A stretch of 64,000 nt of DNA from Eukaryota sp. TZLM1-RC (taxonomy: Eukaryota; Protista; Metamonada: BaSk clade), in the NCBI GenBank assembly GCA_040285825.1, contig JAUPSS010000012.1, positions 1 through 64,000 of the forward strand. The letters run 5' to 3'. A model generated the notes under the pieces. The model was given only the letters and a program-made list of their open reading frames with translations, was not told the origin of the DNA and did not search any database. The position numbers and the translations under genes are program-made. Shown here in pieces: positions 55,805 to 64,000 of the stretch. Numbering within the stretch: position 1 is the stretch's first letter; each line of letters opens with the position of its first letter.

Positions 55805-58508
55805 TGTTGTAGAGGCAGCTTATAGTGAAACAAGTAGCTGGTAAGAACGGTGCTTGGAAGAGATGCTATCCTTTTCTCAATAGGATGGTGCAATATTTTA
55901 TTTGATAAGAGGAGTTTGAAATACTTTTTCATTAGTTAACCTTTTTTTTTGATAAAAGCTTTGGGCAAGTAACAACTTGACCATACACTATACTATATGA
56001 TGATGGAAAACAAAAAATAAAGAAAAAACGTTATATTATTACAATATTTTGATTGATACCACGTTGAGTTCTTTGCTCTGGTTGAGAAGTTAAAAATTGG
56101 CTGATTTTATCTATTTTTATGACTGAATCGGTTAAACATTAGTGGAGGCACAGTTTTAAGTTTTGAAAATGTTAAAAACCTTGTTGTACTTGAGTTTTCA
56201 ATAAAAAACTTGGTAAATGATTACTTAACACCAATTATTAAAAAATGAAAGCCAATATATTTACAAGATTTTCATCAGTGACCATCAGTGGAGCTTTGCC
56301 AGCCAGCACCACCAATATCACTACTACCATAAATAACACCAAAATCCACAATTCTACCTTGTCCTATTTCATTCTTTGCAATTAAACCACTCCCATTAGA
56401 CACACTTGCCAACAAGGTTCCTTGACAAGTTGGGCATCTTTACGAGCATAAGGAACAGCAAAAGAGTTGACATTTGTGCATATTGGGTCATTTGACTTTT
56501 TTTAACAATGTTTTGTTGTGATCCAAGACCAGTCCAAATATCCCCACTAAAGCAACAGTAAATAAACCCTTGGATGCTTAGTGATGGAAGGAAGTTGAAC
56601 AAAATTACACCTTTACCAGCTTCTAACAGCTGGTTTAGGTTTTGATTTGCACATTTGACATCGCTGGGGTACAAAATCCAACATCAAGGGGTAAAAGTTT
56701 ATTGCAATTGTTGATGGTGCTACTACTTGAATTAATAACAACTTTTGAATCCTCCCAATATTCACTTAAACCTTAATTAATCTTGATGGTAAGGTCGTTT
56801 ATCGCACCTGAGTAAACCCAAATAAATGCTTTGATTATCAATTCCCTTCCTAACAAATTTTTGGAAATTTCTCCAATTTTGTCCCTTGAACAATTCTTTT
56901 TATTACATCCCCCTACCATTCTTCTGTTCTTTAATTTAAAGAGTTGGCTAAAGCAACATTTAATAGTAAATTAATTGGAATAGTTGGTAATTCTGGAACT
57001 AATTCAAATGAATAATTATCAATAACCTTGCTTAATAACAAAGAATTAGAATGTTGATTGTAAAATAAACAACATTAATAAATTCTTGATTGGACAACCT
57101 ACCAACCAGGTTAAATAGCCAAACAAAATCTGAAACATTGATTGGTTTTGAAATATTAACAGAATTGATTTGGAATTAATTCATCTATTTCATCTTTTGA
57201 AGGGACACAATCTTGACTAATTTGGGCAGCAAAGACAAGTTCTTGAGCTCTTTTTGAAAAATTCAACTTGTTGACATCAACCAATTCCTTATCAAGTAAT
57301 TTTCTTAATAAAAATGGCTCAAAACCAATAGTTTCAGATTCTAAATTATCAAGTAATGGTAATAAAGTAGTTTAAAACTCATCAACTACACTATGCATCT
57401 TTTGAATCTGTTCTTGAGCTCTTCCCTTGACATCTCCATCAAAAAAAGTGAGGAACAACAGCTTGATGGTGGAGTAAGTTGCCTTGAAGCAAGCCACGTG
57501 AATCACACAGAGCAACCTTACACTTGGTACAATAATGCTCGATTTCCTTACCATTATAGTGAGAGCATTTTGGAAGAGAGACAGTGGATTTTGCGGTGAG
57601 GGGGACGACGGTGTGGGATCGAAGGGTCTTGGATCTATGGATGAAAGAATAACATTCCTCTAGGAACTTTCAGCGTTCTAAAAGGAACGTTCACAATCAG
57701 CAAAAAACAGGGTAGTATGAGCTTGTTCGCATTCAAAACAAGATTCGGAGAGATGAGAGTTTTGGGAGGAAGCTTGGAAAAAATCCTGTAGAGGCATGTT
57801 GATACGAGTAATCACCCAAATACAGTCTACAAGATGTTAGGTGTTGTATTTGGGCCTGGCTTGTATTTGAACAATCTCAGTTGTAATTCCTCCTTTTGTA
57901 CAAGACGAGTTACTAACTGTGAATTGGCGAAATCAATAAATGTGTGGTTCAAACACAACACTAATGAAACAAACTTATGTGAATTCTTTACGATTTTTTC
58001 ATCTATGGTTAACTTCAATTGATATCAACATGCAGGTATACATGCAAAGTATTCACTTAACCTCAAATATCAACCAAAATAAAAATAATTTTCGAAAAAG
58101 GGTTCGGTAATCATTTCAGCCAGTTCAATTTTCTATTTTTAAGAATTACTTTCAGCAGAGCTCTATTTATCTTTTTAGACTCATCATCAATCGACTGAAT
58201 AATCCATTTTTTGAATTAATTCAACTGATTCTTTGCTGAGATTTTATCTATCTGTATTTATCCAAATTTAATTGAATTTTACTTGTTAAGCCAAATGATA
58301 TTTCACAAATCCATAATTTGTGAAAATAATAATAATTTAATTAATTTTTAATCGGTGAACAATAACCGTTCAGGTGCAACTAGAGAATTGTTTTCAATCT
58401 AAACCATTATGCGAGCTTTCATTATTATTTTTAGTAATCATTATACTAACTTTACGAATGTTATTACTTACCTTTATCAAAACTATGTCCACTTTTATTT
58501 GAGTTACA

Positions 58509-60323
58509 ATGGAAACCGATCTGGCTCACCTCAAACGAATAACTCTGTACCACAAAGCCCCTACCAGAATTGTTGGGGATATTATCAATAACGAGAGCAT
58601 AAGGAGATCTTATGCTACATTGAGAGATTTCTTAAAAGATAACAAGATTCAATACCAAGAAAGTGAACTACTGGAACTTCAATCATGTATCAGTCGAGCC
58701 ATCATGCATTATGTTGAAGCTGTTGCAGTTATGCAGTGGAGATACTGTCAGCTGAATGATTATTGGGGCCCTCATACAAAGTCCTTAATGGAAGATTCAC
58801 TAGCGAGAATATTGTTTGACATACCAACCGAACGTCCTCTCTATGATGATGAAAAGGCCATCTTACACGATAAACTCATAGATGAATGCGAACGGATAGA
58901 GGTACGAGGAGCCAGTCTCATATATCATAAGCGTCATGCTTTACAGAAGATGTTGTTGGAAGGAGTCGATGTCTTGTTTCTTGGTGAACCTCGTTCCATC
59001 CTAGATTGTGACTTCTTTGACGACGTGCTTAGGTTTCTGGGCTCCTCAATGTGTGTAGTAGGCTCAGCGACTCCAGATTTTCCTGGCTTTGACATCATTG
59101 TTGCTGGAATTGGAGAGCGTTACAGAATTGGAATTTGGAATGTAGTTCACATGGTACAAGAGTTCAAAAGGACCCCTTGTGCCACCCTCAATCTCTGTAC
59201 GTTTTCTACAGACAAACTTACTATTGTTCGGTCAGAAGTGCTCGAACGAGATTTCTACACAAGATGGAGACCACTGATCGAACATTCGTTGATCGCTCAA
59301 AGTCTCCAGCAGGAGGAATGGTTATCAGACATCATCCATTCACTTGCTCATGGAATTCTTTCAGTACTGAGTGATCGTTTTGACGGTAGTGTTGATTCTA
59401 TCTGTAGCTACTGGGTAGACATCATGTGTAGAGTTCACCTTCACCATGCATTGTCCAAAAGAACCCTTGTTGAAGGGCATGGACCTCTTGATTCTGAACT
59501 CTGGGTCATGGGTTTGGCTCTAGCAGACTTTTATGACCTACCAGTACTGAAAGCCTGTCTCAATTTAACAGCTGACGTTCTATCAGATGACGGAGTGAGT
59601 GGAGGAGGGCCTATCAGAAACTTGATCGACCTTGCTACATCGGACCCTACAACCTCTTTTGACTGTGGGGTAGGTCTGCTATCCTATATACGAGACATCT
59701 TCTCTTTGCAACATCCTGCATCGAGGTACACCTCTCTCTTATACTGCTCCCTCATTTTACGCAGTTTAAGAAATGGCCAAATTGATTGGACAGAACTGTG
59801 TCAAAACATACAAGTTGATGCCACCTACCTCTCTACATTTTCGTTTCCCTTCACGTATGACAGACCTGAATCATTAATGGAACGTATCCTCAATACAATT
59901 CTGATAGCTTTGAAACGATTTGAGGAAATACTCAGTAGTTTAACATATTATATTGAAGGACCCAAGAACTATTTAGAAGCCTTGGTAGCTATTCCTCACT
60001 ATTTTGAAATTCACAACGTAGAGTATAACTCAGAAAGGACTTATCGAGCTCTATTCTCTCTACCCAAAGCTGATGGTCAGCATATGAAGTGTTTGCAAGA
60101 ATTCATTCTTATTGAGGAAGATCTTGTTGAGGGATTGAAGCATGTCCTTCTTGATTTGCCACATACTCTACCACACCATGACCTAATTGATTGGTTGTCA
60201 GTTCAGAGTCCTGTGGGAGAGTTCACCTCCTTATCCGGAGTATATGACTCAAAGGGCGTTATCTCATGGTTGGAAAGTCTTTCTAATTTGGTATTGGGCC
60301 AAGGACCAAAAATGACGGATTAA
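58509..60323 (+). CDS. Hypothetical 604-aa protein, family not recognised
   Basis: Long intact intronless ATG ORF. Confidence 0.7.
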   Translation: METDLAHLKRITLYHKAPTRIVGDIINNESIRRSYATLRDFLKDNKIQYQESELLELQSCISRAIMHYVEAVAVMQWRYCQLNDYWGPHTKSLMEDSLARILFDIPTERPLYDDEKAILHDKLIDECERIEVRGASLIYHKRHALQKMLLEGVDVLFLGEPRSILDCDFFDDVLRFLGSSMCVVGSATPDFPGFDIIVAGIGERYRIGIWNVVHMVQEFKRTPCATLNLCTFSTDKLTIVRSEVLERDFYTRWRPLIEHSLIAQSLQQEEWLSDIIHSLAHGILSVLSDRFDGSVDSICSYWVDIMCRVHLHHALSKRTLVEGHGPLDSELWVMGLALADFYDLPVLKACLNLTADVLSDDGVSGGGPIRNLIDLATSDPTTSFDCGVGLLSYIRDIFSLQHPASRYTSLLYCSLILRSLRNGQIDWTELCQNIQVDATYLSTFSFPFTYDRPESLMERILNTILIALKRFEEILSSLTYYIEGPKNYLEALVAIPHYFEIHNVEYNSERTYRALFSLPKADGQHMKCLQEFILIEEDLVEGLKHVLLDLPHTLPHHDLIDWLSVQSPVGEFTSLSGVYDSKGVISWLESLSNLVLGQGPKMTD

Positions 60324-60954
60324 TTTTTGATTAATTTTTCGATTTTTAATTCGATTATCTGTATTAAAATAAAGGTTAATAATTTTGGTAGAATTTTGGG
60401 AGCAATGAAATTTGGTTTTTTGAAGAACAATTTCAAGTAGAAACCTGAATGGAACTAACAGTGGAAGACAAACGTTTTCATTTAACTCTTTTATTTTTAA
60501 ATTACAAATTTATTTTTTCGAATGAAATTTTCAAAAGCCCCCCAGTTTTCATTCCTTTTTTCAACTATAATTTTATTCCAGAAATTATAACCAAAGCACT
60601 TTTACAATCAGCAAGAGAGATTTGATGATATTGATGCGTGTATTGAGGATATTGAGTTCTAGTTTTTTGTTTAGTTGTTTTGTTTGCGTCTGAAAATAAA
60701 TTTTAGTAAAACTTAATTTATAATTTTTCATTACTTCTGTTTAATCGCCAATTTCTTTGATTTCATTGAATGGAGGTAGAATTAACAAAAGTGTTTCATC
60801 GTTGAGAAAGAAGAGAAAGGACTTAAAAAGACATTACAATGATATTTTAAAGAGTTTGTCGAAAAAAAAGAAAAAAAAGAAAAAGAAAAGGTTTAAGTTG
60901 TACACTTGATTGTTGTTGCGACATTTTTTAAAAGCAGGAATTGAATCATATGTT

Positions 60955-60979
60955 CCTAACCCTAACCCTAACCCTAACC
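60955..60979. repeat. Interstitial telomere-type repeat (CCCTAA) x ~4
   Basis: CCTAACCCTAACCCTAACCCTAACC. Confidence 0.75.
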
Positions 60980-61569
60980 TATGTAATTCAGAGTATGTTG
61001 ATTATTGTGCAGTGTGGTGTGCCATGAATAATCTAATCTAAACTTTAATTAAAGTTAATAAAAACAATCCACTGAGCATACAACCAATAATACAATTGTT
61101 TTTTTCTCCTCTTATTTTCTTTTCCAGATGAAGATGAATTTGGTTTTCAGAGTGCCCACATTTGCAAACAGAAGAGTAAAATTATTTCAGTCAAGAAAGT
61201 GGTAGAGAATTTGAGTTGAAGCTTTGGAGGAAGAGAAATTTTAATATATTTTTGATATTTCATGCTATTCCCCATTATATCAACTCTATTTCAAATAATA
61301 AAACTCAATTGATCAATACACAAAATAAGTTGAATTGGTATAGATTAGACATTAAAATTGAACATTTTTAAATTTTGGTGTATTCCTGGAATAACCTACT
61401 CTTATTCTATCGGCAATTAATTATTTCAATTTTGACAGTTAACCTATACCAGCCAAAAAAACAAAGGAAAGGAAAAACAAATAGTTTAATTCAGACAAAA
61501 AAAATTTCACATGAAAAACTACTTAGAAATACACACTTAAATTACAATCATTGAATCAATCAATCAAAA

Positions 61570-62703
61570 TCACTTTTTTGATTTCTTCTTCTTTGGAGTT
61601 GCCTTGGGACTAGTCGGGTTACTACTGCTCTTTCTGACCCTGGTAACTGGTCCAAAGAAAGCCTCCAACCTACCCTGTGAGCTTGACCCTCTGGCCTTCT
61701 TTAACCTATCAATAACCTTCTTAACTCTATCTTCCTGAAAACCCTTCTCCTCGACTAACCACTTAAGCATTCCTTCTTCATCTGGACCTTTCCATTTGAT
61801 CAAAGGTTTGGCTTCCTCAGCAGAAAGTACATCTGGATTTATAAATAATTCCTTTGCTCCCTCCCAATTGAAATCATCAGGAATTTCATATCTTTTGGAA
61901 TCTAACCCCTTTAAATGCTCAATAATTCCAGCCAAAGAACCATGCTCTTTCATTAAAGTCAAGGCACGGACCCTGCCTATATTTTTGATTGAAGTCGTAT
62001 AATCACACCCTAATAGAATACAAAGATCGATGAACTGGTCCATAGAGAAGTCTAAATCATGTAGCAAATCATCTAAATGAAACTCTCTTACGGGGATTTT
62101 CTTCTGATCTGCCTGGGGGAGAAATCTCAACAAAATAGGGGTTCCAAACGTTAGGGCATCCATATCTTCAGTAGCAGTGGCCCAAACTAACCCTTGTTTG
62201 GCAAGAGCAGCACATTCAGCTTCGGCTTCTGAAGGAGCAGTTATATGAGGAACCCCCATTAGGGTCAAAAGTTGCTTGACTTCTTCTGAATGCTGACGTG
62301 TAACTCTAACAGTTCTTCGTTCATATTTTTCAACGTCTTCAGTAGTACCAACTTCTTTAGCTTCTTCCTTCTTGGAAGTAGCGTCTTCGCGAGCCTCACG
62401 ACGACGAGAGAGTTCAGTGGATTTGAGCTCAGGAGGAGCTCCATCAAATACAAACAAGGGTTTCATTCCCAATTCTAAGAGTCTAGTTGTTCGGGAAAGG
62501 AAACCTTGAATATGGGAAGTATCTTCCCCAACAGCATTAGTGAGAACGCCTTGACCAGCTGTTCTAATGGCCACGAGGAATTGATAAAGATAGGTGCTTG
62601 CATCGATTGCTATTTTACGTCCAAAATATGATTTGACATCTTGTTCACGAACTGATCCAGGGGCATTGTCGTCAATAACCTTTGTGAGTCCTTGAATTCC
62701 CAT
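61570..62703 (-). CDS. FEN1: Flap endonuclease 1
   Basis: MGIQGL, KIAIDAS, FVFDG, APSEAEAECA, TEDMDALTFG, LLGCDY and PIP box QGRLEAFF. Confidence 0.98.
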   Translation of the reverse strand: MGIQGLTKVIDDNAPGSVREQDVKSYFGRKIAIDASTYLYQFLVAIRTAGQGVLTNAVGEDTSHIQGFLSRTTRLLELGMKPLFVFDGAPPELKSTELSRRREAREDATSKKEEAKEVGTTEDVEKYERRTVRVTRQHSEEVKQLLTLMGVPHITAPSEAEAECAALAKQGLVWATATEDMDALTFGTPILLRFLPQADQKKIPVREFHLDDLLHDLDFSMDQFIDLCILLGCDYTTSIKNIGRVRALTLMKEHGSLAGIIEHLKGLDSKRYEIPDDFNWEGAKELFINPDVLSAEEAKPLIKWKGPDEEGMLKWLVEEKGFQEDRVKKVIDRLKKARGSSSQGRLEAFFGPVTRVRKSSSNPTSPKATPKKKKSKK

Positions 62704-63299
62704 AGCTGATTGATGAAAGAAAAGGTGGAAGGGGTGGTATTATGCTTGACAACTTAAGATTCAATCATTCTTCACATCAGTGTTTGAAATTTGAACCACC
62801 AGGAACTTTGAGCCTGGGAGACATCCAATTGAGGATTCTTTACGTACATCTTCAATGTTGCTAGTGTAACAAATTCCTTCCATCACCATATCTTTATTGA
62901 ACCAATTATTTTGTTAAATATGTTGAACTATTATTCGTCAACACATATAGCCATTTGCGAGTTTCAGACTAAACAAGGGTTTATGGAGAAAGAGTTAAGA
63001 GATGGACGTGAATTTCATCTCTCTCTGCTACTTACTTACTTACCACGTTTGGGGTTTTTATCACACAAAGAAACCTTACCAGCAATATTTGTCGAGAAGG
63101 AGCGAATGCCTTCAAACGCAAACATGGTGAAAACCTCAAAATCTTGACATTTAGTGGATTCCCTTGTTTAATCAAAAATAATAATAGACTGTTCTTTCTG
63201 TAAGAACAAAATTGTACTAATTAATAAAGCAATTTGGAATAAATCAGAGTTAATTAAATCATCCGGTGTTAATTGAAAAAATGAATCAAAATTGGGCAA

Positions 63300-64000
63300 A
63301 AAAGTAGTCGATGGAGAGAAACAATATGTGTATCAGTCAATTCCACATAGGACCAGCTTCATATCATGTGACATCGCTGGGGTACAAAACCACAACATCA
63401 AGGGGTAAAACTTGATTGCAATTGTTGATGATGCTACTACTTTGATGCCGTTAGGCAGATGAACACACGAAGGAGAGAGAGAAATCTGTTGTTTATTAAT
63501 AAAACTGATTCATAAATGAGTATCACGTCATCAGTCGAAATACAAAGAAACCTACTAATTCAATTTGAGTTCAACAACAACACTACTTTTTCCCACTTTT
63601 CTGAGGACAAATACAGAACTGGCTCAATAGAGGGAAGATATGGGGTTTGTTAAACTCTTTGGTGCATCGTTTGTGTGACACAAATAATTTACCTCATGTT
63701 TGATTTTAGATGGACAATCGCGGGAGATGTGTCCAGGCTTGTGGCACTTGAAGCACGATTGATTTTTTAAATCCTGAGAGCGCCAAGAGGACCTCGTTTT
63801 AGTGCCAGCCGTACGTTCCACATCATTCACTGAGGTTTTGAAACCACGAGTCCATGAAGCAACCCTAGAGCAGTCCAACAGCTCATCAGTAGTGGTTTCG
63901 ACAAGAGAGTGAAGATCTGGGAATACATCATCTCGAATTCTCGCTAGTAGAGAACGTTGAAGACCTACGGGAAGAATTCCTCTGGCAAATCGATTCAGAA
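63300..64000 (-). mobile_element. Decayed LTR-retrotransposon gag-protease region (continues beyond the window)
   Basis: Gag CCHC knuckle CFKCHKPGHISRDC, followed by a stop-riddled retropepsin-like stretch (LYFD...SFI, LPNG, LCGID). Confidence 0.7.

Noticed and set aside
56200-57800. Decayed minus-strand host gene (BTB-like?)
   Set aside because: Too many stops and shifts to assign a family by eye.
58249-60365. 10-bp direct repeat TATCTGTATT around the 604-aa ORF as a TSD
   Set aside because: Short and AT-rich, with no element end or tail adjacent; compatible with chance.

Overview
AT-rich, gene-dense nuclear DNA of a flagellated eukaryotic protist using the standard genetic code. This is inferred from KAP3, DRC10 and AKAP14-like axonemal genes, very short GT-AG introns (four are exactly 31 nt) and a (CCCTAA)n tract; a metamonad is plausible but not provable here. 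Positions 1-9830 are a ~457-bp satellite array interrupted by two TSD-flanked fragments of RLE-type (CRE-like) non-LTR retrotransposons. The rest mixes housekeeping genes (MATE, DRC10, KAP3, a HEAT protein, SWI5, an LPCAT-type acyltransferase, ZIP, PanE, PSMB3, VPS35, PrsW-like, FEN1) with dense mobile DNA. The mobile DNA comprises one near-full-length CRE-like element (22799-26137) plus truncated copies, three divergent Fanzor1 (TnpB-like) remnants, a MULE-like deletion derivative inserted just behind one Fanzor, a 1.44-kb LTR element with identical 92-bp LTRs, a PolB exonuclease relic and a gag-protease remnant. The most striking structure is 18568-22073, a 3.5-kb unit bracketed by a perfect 16-bp direct repeat. 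It contains a truncated retrotransposon whose AATAAA reads AGTAAA, an intact 643-aa XPG/Asteroid-like ORF, and a second stand-alone copy of the element's 3'UTR, consistent with a gene mobilised as retrotransposon cargo. Many frameshifts fall in homopolymer runs and may be long-read errors. All family assignments are from motif recognition by eye; no searches were run.
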